Notes: generated by a model from the sequence alone, not told the origin. A stretch of 64,000 bases of DNA from Phoronis australis (GCA_002633005.1 NMRA01000160.1:79552-143551); one strand, 5' to 3'. Counted from the first letter of the stretch, positions 1-15,500 are shown. Program-made: numbers and translations.

Positions 1-59
1 TTATGAAGGGTAACTGAGATCAATTTCATTTTGTTTTCAGAGCTTCAGTTGGCCATATT

Positions 60-395
60 TGATTACTGCTCCACCTGTTGACCAATTTCTATCTCAGAGC
101 CAGGGTCACGATCACAGCTCCACCTATATTGATTCATATGTTAATGATCGATCATAATGCCATTTGTCAATGGGTTTTCATCAATCAGTGGCCATTTTTT
201 ATTCCTTAGTGAACCATTTTGATCGCTGCATACCTATTGATTACTGCATTCAACTCCATCTGTTGACTTAATTTTATCAAAGACTTCAGACAACTCCGTC
301 TATTGACCCATTTTCATCACTGCATACAACTCCATCTGTTGATTCATTTTCATCACTCTATACAACTCTATTTGTTGACCAATTTTCAGACTGTC
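60..395 (+). repeat. Degenerate 36-40 bp minisatellite whose last unit supplies the exon w1 acceptor
   Basis: caactccatctgttgacccattttca-like units at 251, 291, 327, 363 and decayed copies at about 66 and 115. Confidence 0.7.
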
Positions 396-528
396 TGTGA
401 ACGAGTCCAATGCTAATTACACTCTGACGGTGCTTCGTGAGCGGGGAACATTCGGCGAGGTCTCTGTCTACTTCTATGGTCAGGGTATGGGAGCGCTGAT
501 CAGGAAAGACTTCATGGTGAAACCAGGG
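390..528 (+). CDS. ADGRV1: ADGRV1 exon w1 (Calx-beta)
   Basis: ttttcag|...|gtaggt; LSVNESNANYTLTVLRERGTFGEVSV. Confidence 0.9.
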
Positions 529-3500
529 GTAGGTATTTCTTAAACTTGGATCACTTAATTTTCACCGTACAATGAATTTGTGTCCAAACACAAGCCTATA
601 TCTTGTATTATTATTATGATTATTTTTATCATTATTTATTTGATGACCTTCTCAAGGGAGAATGAGAAAAAATACCAGGACCAACAGACAGTAGACAATT
701 TAAAATTAAATTAAAATGCTCTGATCAGGAGTCTCAGAAGACAAAAATTAGCCGACGCGGGATTACAGATTATTCGAGGGAAGAAGAAGTCTGAGAGAGT
801 CCGCAATACCATTATTACATTCAAATGACCTTGGCTGGCATGGGATTGATGATCGACCAACAGGGGATCACCCCATGCCAATTATTCTAGCCGGGAGGGT
901 GCCGGGAACAACCACTCTGTTCTGCAAGTGCATTCGTTTGAAAGATAAATACACAGGCATCTACACGTCTAGTAACAAAAATCAAATACAGTAAAATCTC
1001 ACTAATTTAGCACACAATATGGTGAATAAGTGAGATCACTTTTTCTTACTTTTTCGCTAAGAGGTGGCGTATAGCTCTAAATTATCACTTTTCCATGTTC
1101 AGTCTCTACCGTTGCTACCAAGTGACAATGTTTTGAAAATTGTGGTCATCCACAATTACGATGTTTGAATGAAAAAGAGCAATTTTGGTTTACTTACCGG
1201 TTTTGTCCAAAATTGATGAGATTTTGCCATATAATCTTCTTAGGACTTCTCTTTTTGTGGTGTAATTTGTCTTGGATTTTTCAGACGTCTGGTAAAATGA
1301 AGGAAATCTTTTGTAGACATGACACCATGACTTGTATGGTTTGTGTGTAGATAGGTCATTTTCTGTAATGTAGTTGTTCTGTTTAATAATTAAATTGCAA
1401 ACCACACGAGTATTCAGGGATGTGCAATGTACAACTGAACTCAAAGGGGCCAGACATTTGAAAAACTGCAAGCCTTCCACACAATTCGATGTCCTACCTC
1501 TGCACAAGAGGAGCGCTCAGTTCAGGACAAGTCGGGTCTGCTACCATCTGTCAGGTTACTTGTCATTTACCTGAAGTGCTTCCTGTCTTAAACCTGGTGA
1601 TATGTTTTAGACGCTGTATTTTGCTGCTGGCGAAAGTCGTAAGGAGATCACTGTTCAGATATTCGATGATAGCGAGGCTGAACCAGAGGAATCGTTTGAA
1701 GTTGTCCTTGCCAGCCCCTCAGGTGGAGTGGAGATAGGACAGCCTGATAGAGGTAAGAGGGTGTGAATGGCTTTAAGGAAATGATAAAATATTTATTGAA
1801 GGTGGAGTTAGGATAAACCTGTGCAGGTGAGAGCTGGCTTATGACTTAAAGAAAATGACAAAGTATTTTCTGAAGGTAGAAGTTAGAGCAACAGCATCAC
1901 TAAACAGCTGTTAGCAGTTGAAAATACAGTGGCGGTCACCACTGAATTTTTCTTGCAGTAGGTACTCGTGATAGATATCTAAGCCCACTGAAATATTGAA
2001 AATCGAAATTAAAAAGGCTTTATATCACAATTTGATTGTATCGCAGTCTTACCTTTTTAATTTTCTTCCAGCTGTTGTCACTATCCTCAATAGTGATGGC
2101 GCCAGCGGTTATGTGACCTTTGACTCCGCTGATGAGGTCACACTCACCGAGCCGAGCTCGTCGAGCACAGCCAACAGTATTGCTGAACTTCGCCTGACCC
2201 GTGGTCCCGGCTTCTTTGGCCAAGTCACTGTTCCATTTGAAGTGGTGCCTGTTGGTAACAGTGGTCAACCAATCACCGACATAACGCCTTCCTCTGGTTT
2301 TGTTGTCTTTAATGATAAGCAGGTATGGTTCAACGGATTGTTTGGGTTAATGAATAAGTACAGGGTGCTGGAAGCCTGGATCCAATCAACTCTTGAATGA
2401 GACTTCACCTGGTCTAGAGTTGTTAATGTTGAAATAAACTTGACCGTCTAAGCCAATTTTGAACAACTGTAATGCTCTGGGTCAGACAGAAACAATTATA
2501 ATTGAATTTGATTGGTAAATGTTATGAAACCTTACCTGGTATGATTCAAGCAATGTTTGCTAAATGAAGATGGCCAGGTAATTCCAGTTAGAAATTGAAT
2601 TATGTAAAAAGTGACTTGATCACAATCTTAGTTAAAGAAAATTCAGAACATTTTGTTGGAAGCAATAATAATTGTTAAATTTTACTCCTTGTTTCATTTC
2701 CCCCCCAGCCTTCTGCCACGCTGAAACTCACAGTAACTCAAGACAATATTCCTGAACTTGACGAAGTCTTCATGGTACGCTTGAAGGAGCCACAAGGTGG
2801 CGCTAAGCTGGGTGCCGTCACTGAAAGGAAATTGATAATTTCGGCCAACGACTCCCCATATGGGCTGTTCAACATCTATGTGAAAGGCACTCTGTGAGTG
2901 ATCATTCTTTGCAATAGATTTCTTTTGGGCAATGCTGCGTAGAACAAATAATCTAATTTGATTGTTTCAGAATCATTCATAGATATTGAGGGCCCCATGG
3001 AAAGTAGTGAGAACTGATGGCTTCCCTCATTGTAAATATTTCAATTATTATCAATAAAGAAAGACATTGGGATATGGTAAAATCTCAATAGTAGACAAGT
3101 GAAATTTTATAATTTTCATACGAAAGATATATTAAGTACCGCAGAATCAGTGATTACTATTTTCAAGTTCTGTTTCCATGGCTACCATTCAAACAATATT
3201 CTTAAAGAATTGGGACATTCACAATAATGGCAGACACCCTTGAAAAGAAAAGTTGGACATTTTGGAGATGATTTGTCTGCAAAATTGGTGAGGTTTTGTG
3301 ATTGTGGCAGTCAGCTGATGAGGTTGAATTAGCAGTCTTAAGACTACGCGTGGGCTGCAAAGTACACGAGAGACACATGCGGTGATAAATCTTTGTTATA
3401 AGTTTTCATGAAAGAGAAATATCGTACAGCTTTCTCCAGTGATTCAACATTCTAGCCTCACTTCAGTGGCAGCTGTTTTGCTAATCTCCTCTAGTCATGT

Positions 3501-6500
3501 GTTATGTGATATTGTGTTGTCTTGTGCGACTTTGCTGAACTAGCTAAAAACTAATTGCTATGGAACACATCCCTGCCAACATCAGTGTTGATTATTTCGT
3601 GCACGGTTACATTTTGGTTTACACATACGAGTTTCTAGTCCGAGTTTGTGCTTGATGACCGTAGGTTTGAGCTGCAAACTCAACCTAAAGTTCAAGTGTC
3701 AAGTATAAACTTGAAATTTCAAGTTCAGACTCCAAACTCTTAACCTTAAATGCTGGGGTCACCAAGTGCAAATTAGGATTAGGAATTTATCTACGGAGAC
3801 TATTATGTATTTGAGGATAGTCTAATAGACTTTTATCTTGAGTTAACACAAAGGTAGAACAGAAAATGCCAAAAATTATTCCAAATTCGAGTAGACAAAT
3901 TAGACCCCGCACCCAGATTTATAGCTCTGACAAAACACTTGCGACTAAACTGCCAAATAATTCAAACAAGAAGTTCGTCAGAGTACTGTTAAAATCTCTC
4001 CAGTTTATCTTGAAAACTGCTGTTCATAATTTCTTTGATTATTGTAATTAACCTTTGTCTTCCAACCATTAACAGAAACAACGAAATAAGTGTCGAAGAG
4101 GACTCGGGCCTTGTACACGTGGACGTCGTGCGTACACAGGGCATGCTGGGAAAGGTTACACTACAGTTACAAACTGTAGGTGGAACGGCAACTGCTACGT
4201 CTGGTCCCAACCTGGTGTTATCTCCCCTGGCCATGGTACAGGTCAGCCAGGCTGTTGGCTGGCACAGTTACGAGTTCAGTGGGATGACCTACATGCTGCT
4301 TCTCAGTGGCTACAGGAAGGGGGCGCTGAAGACAGGTTGGTAGACATAGGGCAACTGTTTTTTTTCAAAGTACTTAAATTGCTGTGAACTATAAGTTCCT
4401 TCTCATGTATTGGTAAATTCCAAGGTCAAAGGTTACCGTGTAGTGCATATGTGGGCTTCAAACACAGTGGTGATATGTGAACAGCTTCTCTAGTTATTAA
4501 AACATGCGCTTCTTCTCTTGTTGACGTGGTCAAAGCTGTTTATAGAGTCAGCGACAAAGCCGTCTGACCCTGACTCTAAGGTCAATTGCTTTTCAGTCAA
4601 TCAGTCAATAAATCATATGCATTATTGTAAATACATGCTTTTAATTGTCTTAATTATAAATGTTGCAATTACTGAATAGACATGCTCTCCTGCTAAAAGC
4701 AAAAATTGATTATTTTAAATTTTGTTCGCTAATGTGCTGAGGCGGAAACCCCACGTTAGAGACGTACGAATATTTTGTTGATAACAAGATTGCGTTGTTG
4801 AGAGTGGGATGTATTTTCAAACTTTCAGCTGTTGGTTCAAATGGTGCCGATGTTCCTGTCAATGGAACTGGCGAGGTCATGACCTCTGTGCTCTACAGGT
4901 GGCAAGGTGCTCTGGTTCCCATTCAGGTAATAGAGGGTGTTTCTTGACCGCTCTTCCACGCCCGTTTTGCTATCATTTATGCACTGCCATAAAATCTCAC
5001 AAATTTCAGAAAAAAATTACACATATTTCATTTTTAAAGGACTGTTCACCATTCTTGCCATTTTCAAAAGTGTAAAAAACATATTTCAATAAATGTCTTG
5101 AGCACCATTTTTAGATAATTTTGCTTTTTGGTTTAGATTTTTCATAGGGACAAGTTTGCATTTGAAATTTTTTTTAACAATTACCGGGATACCATCTGTT
5201 GTGGATTGATCCGTATTCTGTGTACTTTTAGGTTGTGTTGTAAAAATCATTACATGCGGATTTTCATCTGTCACAGATTTTGAGGAATTCATTCTCTTTT
5301 GAAATAATTAGTGTTTCAAAGCGCCAGACCGGCAAAAATTGATGCATAAAATACCAGTAAGTGACGGAAATATTCAAGAATGCAAAATCCAACCAATAAA
5401 CATTATTTAATGTATCTTGAGTATTAGACAAATGCCTAATGCTTTATGCATACGGAATTTCCCTTTCGCGATTGGTCAGTTGCACTGACTCTGTGAAGGA
5501 CTGACCAATGAAAAATGTGCTTTATTTGGTTTTGCATTGTGGGATATTGTATGCTTTGGAAATCATGTTAAGATGTCAAAAGCGAAATTTTGGAGACAAG
5601 TATACCACAGAGATTAGATACATTTAGAAAACAAGAATAGGAATTCACCATGTTTCGTCACGCTTAGAGTCCTGGCGCTTGCAACAAGATATCTGGATTT
5701 GTGGGACTGTGGTAGCGTGGAAAGAAATTAACCATGCCGACAGCAAAAGCCAAAAAAATTGTTGTAATGGGCTGAGTTTTTATGTAATATAGCTTTTTTA
5801 GTTGAACATGAGTTGAAATTGAAAATTGTTGTTTTTGTTTGTATCAATCCATCTTGTGATTGAAATTTAAACTTTCTGAAAATGTTGGAAATCGTACAAG
5901 TTTTCACTTCCAAATCGGTTTTAACACAAAATTTACAGATCATATGCATAATAGGTTTTCAGCCCTGAAATTACACAATGGGCAAACATTTGTTATTAAT
6001 ATTAAAATATTTCTGCTTCTGTTTGTAGTCACTGGAAACAGATGGCGCTGTAAGAGCAACTTCATTCACCGAGGGTGGGAAGACATACCTCGTCGTTATT
6101 AACCAAGGTCAACAGGGGGCGTATGAGACTTCCTCTCGGGTCTATGTTGTCAAGCAAGACGGGTCACTTACTGTTGTAAGACACTTATTGTTTTGTAAAT
6201 GCTTGTAATGATTTCAAACAGATTTTTTTTCAGTGAATTGGTTTTTCTCTTAGTTTATGTGACGGGATCGGTCAAAAGAAGATAAAATGTTTGCTATGGA
6301 TTCTGTAGTTCAACCAGTTCTGTCACTCATTCATGCTTAGTGACTTGACATGAACAGAACCCTCGATCACCGTTCACTGACTGTGAGGTCTTCACTTGTC
6401 TCAAAGCATGTTTTGATTCTGTCCAGCCATATTTTTGGTAAAATTTATCCAATTGTTTCTATGGTGATATATAGATGCTAAAATTCTATTGAAATTAAAT

Positions 6501-9500
6501 TAAAATGTGACTGTTTAGATTTTAAGGTACTTCTTAAGATACATGAATGTCATTGTGTATATCATTAAACAATTTTGTCAATTTTTGAAATTTTATGTCA
6601 AAAGCTCAATGAAATTCACTTAATATACATTCGTTAATTCTAGTTACAAAACCTGCCAACGAGGGGAGCCAGTGATGTTCATACATACAAAGTGGGTTCC
6701 ACTCGCTTTATGGTGATCACCAACTACGCTGACAACAGAGGGAGCACGAGTATTAGCTCAGATGTGTTCCACTGGGATACCATCAACGGGCGCTTTCTGT
6801 CCATCAACCAACCAATCTCGACTCTTGGAGCATCTGCTGTTACGGCCTTCGTGATTGGTGGAGATACCTACCTAGCCATTGCTAACAAATTTGCATCAGG
6901 GTCATATGAAGTAGAGTGAGTGTTGAAATGTGGTTTTTGATACAAACATGACCAAATGCGTATTTATAACGCATTGATTCCATGTCCTTGTTAAAAATTC
7001 AATGATTTTGTGTAATACATGTTATCATTGCGTAAAGATCATCATCTCGTCAGATTTGTAACTAAACAATATTTTAAGGAAAAATTAGTAATATTTTAAA
7101 ATAGTATGCACCAAATCTGTTGATAAGGGATTGGCACTAGTTTAGAGTCCCAGGGAATAATTGTTATGTTGTAAATCGTGTCCCTTTTTGGCTAACACTG
7201 GTTGTTGAAAATAGCTGAAGCCTGTATTCGTGAGGGATCACTGCTGTCAACCTTCTGGGACTCAGCATGTCCTATTGTTTTGTTTTAGTCAATTTAATGA
7301 TGAAATTTCTTGCGACTTGAACTTAAAAGATTTCGATGAAAGTCAAAAACCCGTTATGGATGATTTCACAGGTTCATCAATTTGGACAGAACTAAATTTG
7401 ACTGTTTATGGTTGACAATTGTACAGTTTATGCTACTAGATTATTAACTCATTTTTGTTATTTTTTGCTGAAAATTTCGACTAAATGAAGTTCTATTCTG
7501 TCATACTGTGCTGAAGGAGAATGTCTCAACTGTCTAATAGTAAACTTAGCTTTGATTTGGATATCATGTGCTTTTAGTCTTTTATCCATCCCACACTTAC
7601 TGTACCCATCTCTTCAGCAGGATTAGTACAACGTATTACAATTTGTAATTTCAGCTCCATTGTCTACAAGATCGAACAGGGCGCATTTGTCCTCAAACAA
7701 CGCATTCCTTCCAAGGGTGCCGTCGATATCAAATCCTTCTCAGTAGATGGCACCACCTATCTTGTTCTTGCAAACAGTCGTGACAATGCGGGTCGCACCA
7801 GCCAGAACTCGACAGTTTTCAAATGGGACTCGACATCTCTGCAGTTTGTTACAGTACAACACATTCAGACGGAGAATATTCACAGAGTGAACGCTTTTAC
7901 AGCTAGCAATGGTCTTGGTTAGTAGTCCCTGAACTGTTGCATTTTTCAAGAGTTTTTACTTAATAAGCTTAAAATCCTGAGAGCCTAGATAATTTGCTGT
8001 TTGTTGTTAAAAATGCAAATTGCCAAAATGGTCATTATTCTGCTACACTCATGTAACAGAGCAAGTCTCCAGTGAACACCAAAAATGTGCATTTCACCTC
8101 GTCATGCATACATTTCAGTTCAGTTACGCATGATAACGCTCAATTCCATATAGGCAAAGGAAGGAAACGCACCCTTCTCCGAAGCCTGTTGCTAGCGAAG
8201 TGTCCGACACGTACAGTCGCGCCAGCATGGCCCACGTAACAAAGGCGCACTGAGACGCAACAAAGACATTAGCATAAGGATAAATGAACAATAACCTTAC
8301 AACAAAAATACAATTACTAACGTCCCGTCACACTCGGTCTTCATGACGGAGAATTCTGCTAGCACTAAGCAATCATTACGAGGAATCGACGAGTGCGACG
8401 TGGAATTCGTCGTTTACATAGCGGTCATGATGGGTGAATTTTGATAGTGTTCAGCCTTCATGACGATGAATTCTAAGTCATTGTGTCCAGTTTTCTTTGG
8501 CGAGTACATGTCCGTCTGTGTCAGCTGCAACTCTCATTTTATCACCTACTAATTAAAATATGTGATGATTTGTCTTCAGTTCACCTGGCGTTTGCCAGTC
8601 GAGATGGCGGTTCCGTTATCTACAGTTGGGACATCACCTCTCGCCTGTTTACACAGCGGTGGACCGGACCGGTTGTCAACAACATGTCACCAATGACAGT
8701 CACGCAGTCGACGGGAGACATGGTTTTGATTGGTTCAGCATCATCTGCTAATACATCCAATGTTTACCTGACATCACTGCTTGGTGCGAGTGACTTTGTG
8801 CCAAGGTATGTGTTGTACAATAGATGCTCAGTGGGAACCTCGTGAAATTATTATTATTATGTCTAACTTTTAACTTGATGATTGTTTTAGATTATACTGA
8901 CGAAATCAAACAAACAATTGTTCTGTTGCAGAAGATGAATCATATTTAACCGTAGTATTGTTAAAAATGTTTTATGTCATGTTTGCGCCAGACTTTAAAG
9001 TGATACATCATCCAGTCAATTCTTTCACAGACACTGGAAGTTTAATTAGTTTTCTGCCAATTAGTTTTTCTTTGGTGTTGCTGTAGTTTTAAGTTGCTTT
9101 TTCACTTAGTTAATAACTTGCCTGCTTGTTATTTTCATTTGATTCTGTTGTGCTCCGTACTTGTGTAACATGTTTTGTGTTACAAAGGACTATGTCGTCT
9201 TGTTTTTCCAATAGTTTTCTTTCTTTAAAACCATCACACTTCATGATTGTTATTCAACGCACAATTTGTTCACCCTTTCAGGACAACCACATTGACCTTT
9301 GAACCTGGCCAGTCTCACATGTCCTTGGCTGTGGAGGTTCTTCCGGACGACTTCCCAGAGGATACAGAGACATTTACCATAGTTCTGTCCAAGCCAACAG
9401 GTGGCGCTGATGTAGGCACACACAGCAGTATTAGTGTCAACATCTTGTCGAATGACGATGCTCACGGAGTAATTGAGTTCTCAGAGGTAAGACAGAGGCA

Positions 9501-12500
9501 GTGGTGCAGTAGTCTACTTATTAGTTTCAGTTTTATTTTTTCACTTTTTGAAGCTCTGTTGAGTCAATTTCCTGGCAGTGCTAACTTTGTTACATAACAT
9601 CTTGTTTCTCAATTCTTGTATAAATGAATCTTTGTAACTGAAACTTTTAGCATTGAATATGGTAAACTTGGTTCATTCATAACTAATTTGTGGTAAAATG
9701 AGGAGCTCTGTTATTTCATTTATATATCTTGGAAAAAAGTAACCTATTCTCTGTATATTGCATAAAAATTCAATAATTGTTTTAACTTGATTTGGCCTTT
9801 TTTTCTCGATGTCTTTCATTTCCATTTCAACTCCGTTGCTATAATCGTGATAAAATATGACATGCACTTTGACTCTTCAAAGGAATCTGCGAATAAGATG
9901 GTCTCAGAGCTGGTAGGCAAGGACAACAGGATCACCCTTAATGTAGACCGCAAGGCCGGATTATCCGGTCGAGTGGTCGTCAGGTGGTCAGCTTCGGGTC
10001 AGAACGATGGAGTTAATGACATCACTCCCATCTTTGGAACGGTGAGTTTTGTCTGATACTGGGCATACTGTCATTGCCTTTATACTTAGGACTATTATGA
10101 AGTTAGTAAACTATGGTAACAGTCCTTCCTTGAAACGTGTATTGTTGAAAATCTTTTTCAAGATGTGTTACAAACAATCTTAACCTAATTGCACTCCAGT
10201 TACAGTAGTAAAGACTTTTTATCTGAGTAATCCACTGACCAATTTTCCAATCTAGATGTGGACAACTGTATATAGAGTAGGCATCGATGTACTAATCTTG
10301 GATCCTGTGAACATACCGTTGTTCAGGGACGAAACTAAATTATAAGCTCACGATAAACACAATTTCTTACAGGAATGAATAATCACCAGTGCTTGAAATT
10401 TGAAGCCGCTAAAACCGAAATATGAATCTTGGTTTAGACAACTTACTGTCTTGAAATTGATCTTGAGTTGCCCCTTATTCAAATTTGAGGTGATTCCAGA
10501 GCTTTGACAGAACTTACAGTTGGTTGTTAGTTGAGACCATTCTCTTCAAGTTGGCTTGTTACGGTGTATCATGTTATGCACTGAGCATGATTTTGAGGAA
10601 CTGGATTTGTTTTGCTAAATCCCAGAAATTTCTTCTCATATGATTTTCGTCCAATTTTATAGTGGCAATTGGTCTGAATCAAACGTTTCTTGTACAGAAT
10701 GCGGGGTTTCGGCCACTTAAGATATGGAAGAAATGCAGGTTAGGGTAACACCATTTGGCAGTTATGGAAATTAAAAAATATTGAATATTGTGAGTAACGA
10801 CTGATAATGCATCAGAAATGACAATTCGTAAAAAATCAATTGGTTGAGACCTGTGAATAACCACCATAGATTGAACATGCAAGATACAAGTGTCAAATTG
10901 CATTGATTAGTTTTAAAATATCTAACCCAACTGATTCTATTAGCAAGTACTAATAGTCTATCTGTCCGTCAGACTGCGTAATATTTCTGTTGAATAGATA
11001 TGATCTCTTGATTGACCTATTTCAGGTTGAGTTTGCAGATGGTGCGAAGGTGGCGCAGATCGTGTTGACCATTAAAGATGACCAGCTTCCCGAACTGGAC
11101 GAGCTGACCCTGGTCAAACTGACCACTGTACAGAATGGGGGCACATCTCTGGCTGGAAGGGGTGCCAAGATAGGTAAGGATTATGCATCTCGCTTGGTGT
11201 CACTTGAGGGTTGGTGAAAGGGACATTATTGATTTTATGGCTGAAAGATAAACTTCATGAAATTATTAGCTTTGATCAGAGATATAAACCAACAAAATCC
11301 ATTGGGTTTCTGTGATTTTATTACAAATTCCCGATTCTAGCCACCATCTGCTGGACAGTTGCTACAATCAAGGCAGGTGACTTAAACCATTTAAATGGAC
11401 GTCTGGTTTTCATTGTGTGAGGTTAAGCTCTGCCAGCAGATTACGGGCTCAGCCTGATCTCAGAAAATCTCTTTTCCAGCCCATAAGCCCTCTTTTAATG
11501 ATTGGCCGTATTATGGTTATGTAGGAGGCTCTGTGTGTGAGTGTGCTTTCTGATTGATCTCTGTTCAAAATCTGCGTTCATTTGTATGTGTGCAACTGCT
11601 CATACTAAGTCTTCATAATGATTTCCATGTGTTGATTAAATGAACTGTCTTACAGTTCATAAAGATACAAAACATTTCTAGAAATTTTCAGCTTCTCAGT
11701 GCAATGGCTGAAGGCTTCTTAAGTTGGCGTGTTGAACTGCCTTCAGATGTCATTTGTGTATAGGGCAGGTTAAGTCTTCTTTTCTCCAGTATTTAGACCA
11801 TCAAAGTTCTTTCATCAATTTCAATCATCAATCGCATGGCAAGGTTTGAGTAAACTCCTGGAATTTCTCACAATTTTGTGTATGGTCAAATTTTAAGTCG
11901 AGTATTATCGTAGACTCTTAAATGTTAAATGAAACCGCTTCTCAAATTCTTTACATTGAATTGTTTTTCATTTCCCTGACTTTTCAGTCATAGGTAGCCA
12001 GTCTGTATGTACACACCACTGAATGTTGTTTACGGTCTACTGCATGCTCTCACAGGGTCTTACTGTGTGCATAGCTTGACACGTTTGGGCTAAAAACGTG
12101 GGAGGATAGCGAGATATGTTACTTCTTGCTCCAGAAATTCTGAGTAGTTCTTAGTATACTACTACAGACCATAAGTGAACAGATCGCTAGAGAAATAGGT
12201 TTTTGACGTTTTGAGTTATCCGTGTTTCCCACTGTGTTAACTATTTTTTGTCTCGTGTTTTGATTTCTTTGTACTTGCTTGAATTGAAGAAAAATTGAAA
12301 TTAAAAACATTGTGAGTGGACGTCCTATCAGTCTCAGTGACTATCATTTTGTCAGTGCTTGCCTGCTGAAGTCTCTTGCTTACTCACAAAACACCAGCAA
12401 TGTCTTGCATGATTCCAAACTCGCGAGTTATTTGCTTTTATTGATCGCCAAGATTTTTCACTCAACAGCATGGCTGTCAATTCTCACGGAAGTCCAAATT

Positions 12501-15500
12501 CTACTGCTTGTGAGTTGTTTGGTATCTTTTCACAAAGTTTAGTTTGTTCTTTTTGAGTTTAGGTTATTAACTATTTGCTCGTGTCTTATTATAGAAATTT
12601 GTATTAGATGTTGCCAAGTCTAATGTCGTTCATTTGCTGCAATTTTACTAACTACATCTAATTACTAATTACTAATTAGAGTTAATACCACCTTTCTGTG
12701 CAACCTGAAGACTGTTGCAATGTAAAGACTTGTCTTCTCGATGTGTCGCACTGAAATTTTGAAAATTCAACCCAGGCCTTTGCTATAGTTTGAACTTTGA
12801 CCTCTTGTTTTGACCCAGGTCAGCGCGACACTGCCAGGTTGACCGTGCTAGCCAACGATTCTCCCCATGGTGTAGTGTCCTGGGAGCGTACCACTGTGAC
12901 TACAACTGAACCAGAGGGATCAGACACAACTGTGATGCTCCACCTAGTGAGGGAACAGGGAACTCAGGGAAAGATTGAAATCACTTATGTGTGAGTGGGG
13001 TGGTGGAGTATGCTTGGTCAAGAAATAATTTTAAATATTTTGATTAAATATTCCTGAGCTCAAGTACTTGTCAAAAATGAACTGACTTTAACATTATGTT
13101 CAGAGGTCCTTAATTGGCGTGAGTTTAAATCTGCGTGGGTTGACATGACTGAACAAGCAAGAAATTTGATGAAGTTTTGATGTGCAAATCTGTGACTGAA
13201 TGTATTTTCCTTTCGGCAAGAACGCTTTACAATTTGGGCTCAATCTCGAGAAAATCTTAAAATGTGTTGCTCCACGCATTTTGCTGAAATTACAAGTTGC
13301 CTCGCAAGCCCATTCACAGGTAAACAGTTAGAGAGTAAGTGCAATGATGTCACGTTAAACTCTGATTGAAATTCGACAACAATGCCATTTTATTGTTACA
13401 AAAAGTTAGACTACACTGCCAAATAATTCTGGCAAAAATTGTCCAAGTTTTTCAGTCTCTGAGTTTTGTCAAGTTTCACTAGTAGTTTATTCTGAAAATT
13501 GTACATGAGGGAAATAATGAACGGACTTGGGGATGGATTTATACCTAGAAGGGTAATAGCTACAAGACTGCGGTATTATAATGAAATTTTAACATTTTCT
13601 TAGAACTTATTAATCAGACTCATTTTTCTATAGAAACGGTAATAACAAGATATCACGTTGTTAGCTTTGGCACTGTTTCCTGAGCAAAACTTGACTCTGG
13701 TTTCACTGTTTCGTAGGACTGCCCGTGACACCTCTCTACCAACCAATCAGCAGGCAGTGTCAGGTCAGGACTATGTGTCCACTCAAGCAGTGGTTACCAT
13801 GGACAACGGGGTGCAGAAAGCATCGGTTGAGATTGGTATTAAAGCAGTAAGTACTTAATTTTGGATTTTTTTTCTTGTTGTGTTGTTGTTGTTGTTGTTG
13901 TTGTTGTGTTCTTCTTGTTGTGTTCTTGTTGTTGTGTTCTTGTTGTGTTCTTGTTGTTGTGTTCTTGTTGTTGTTATTTCTATACCTTGCTATGGTAAAA
14001 TCTTTTCAATCTATGACAAAACATGGCTGACAATTGAAATTTTATTTTATTAATTTCTTCCTTGAAACACAATGTAACACAATGTAACACCAGATGAAAC
14101 AATTTTCTATGTTCACGTCTTATACAACAGCTGCTATCAAACAAATTTTTTTAAAAGTTTGGGCGTTCACGATGATGTTAGAAGCCTTAATTTTGAAAAA
14201 TGAGCACTTAAGCAATTTTTTGTCCAAAATTTGTGAGATTTCGCCTTGCAATGATAAACGTTCTAGCCTTGATAAAAGTTTTGACAACTGTTAAACTTCA
14301 TTCATAGGACAATGAACCTGAAGCTGCAGAGACTTTCCTTGTGGATGTTACTGCCGTAAAGTTGGTTGGAGGTACAACTCAGCCAGGAGCGGCACCTAGC
14401 ATCAAACAGACCGCTCGAAAATGTGCCGTGACAATCACAGAGAATGACAATGCCAGGGGCGTAATTGAGTTTAATGTCACCAGGGTAAGTTTTAAAATGT
14501 ATAAAATTTGTCATTCAGATTCACTTAAAACTACCATGATATTAACCCACCTTTTTCAGTGCAGTTTGAGAGCTTCATAGAATTTGATATCATGACTGAT
14601 TCGAGAATTTCATTTGAATTTATTAATCATCATAATGAATGCTACTTGCTGATTTAAAAAAAATGATGTTCTAGGATGCTGACCAAACAGTGAAGACGTA
14701 TGAAAGCGTCGGCAAAAACACCTTGCTCAAGTTGACCGTTCTGCGCAGTATTGGTTTCTTCGGAGCTGTGACTGTCACATGGCAGACCTCACCACGAACG
14801 GCTGATAACTTTGACTTTGCGCCACCTGGTGGTGACCTCAAGTTCAGCGAAGGACAGAAGACGGCTGATATCGAGATCTATATCATTGATGATCAAATAG
14901 CTGAACCTATTGAGGTAGGATTTAGTGGTCATTTTATTACACAAATGTCTTGTTCATCAACTTGTGTCATTTCCTAATTATAAACGGGCGCAAAGTTGTA
15001 ATATGTCATTTAACTTTTAGTTTTATGTTAATGAAATAGTTTTGTGTATAAATCTTATACTGTATATTGTGGGATTGTACTGATATTGAACATTTTTTAA
15101 TTATATTTTTCCAGCATTTCTGGTATGTGTTATTGTGTTAATGTGTTTACTCAGTGGACAATCCTGTGCAAATTGAGTTCGTAATATGTCCTGTTTTAAC
15201 TACTGGTAATAGAAGTTATACAATCTAACCATGATTGCATTGTTTCTAGACATTTGATGTGGAGCTAGTGAAGGTGACAGGTGGCGCCATCTTAGGAGCA
15301 GACGCCCAAGTGCGTGTGTCAATCATCAAGAATGACTCGCCCAATGGAATGTTTGAGTTCGACGTCACTCAGAAGTCTGTGCGGGAGGCGAAGTCAGAGA
15401 CTGATCCCCTGGGAACAGTCAATTTTGATGTGGTCCGCACGCAGGGCTCAAATGGCTTGGTGGTCGTGGAATGGAGGTTAGAGGCTGCAGCTCAGAATGA

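Noticed and set aside
5037-5967. Possible TTAA-flanked element (ttaaaggactgttcacc ... ggttttcagccctgaaa)
   Set aside because: Inverted match is too short and degenerate to support boundaries without a genome search.
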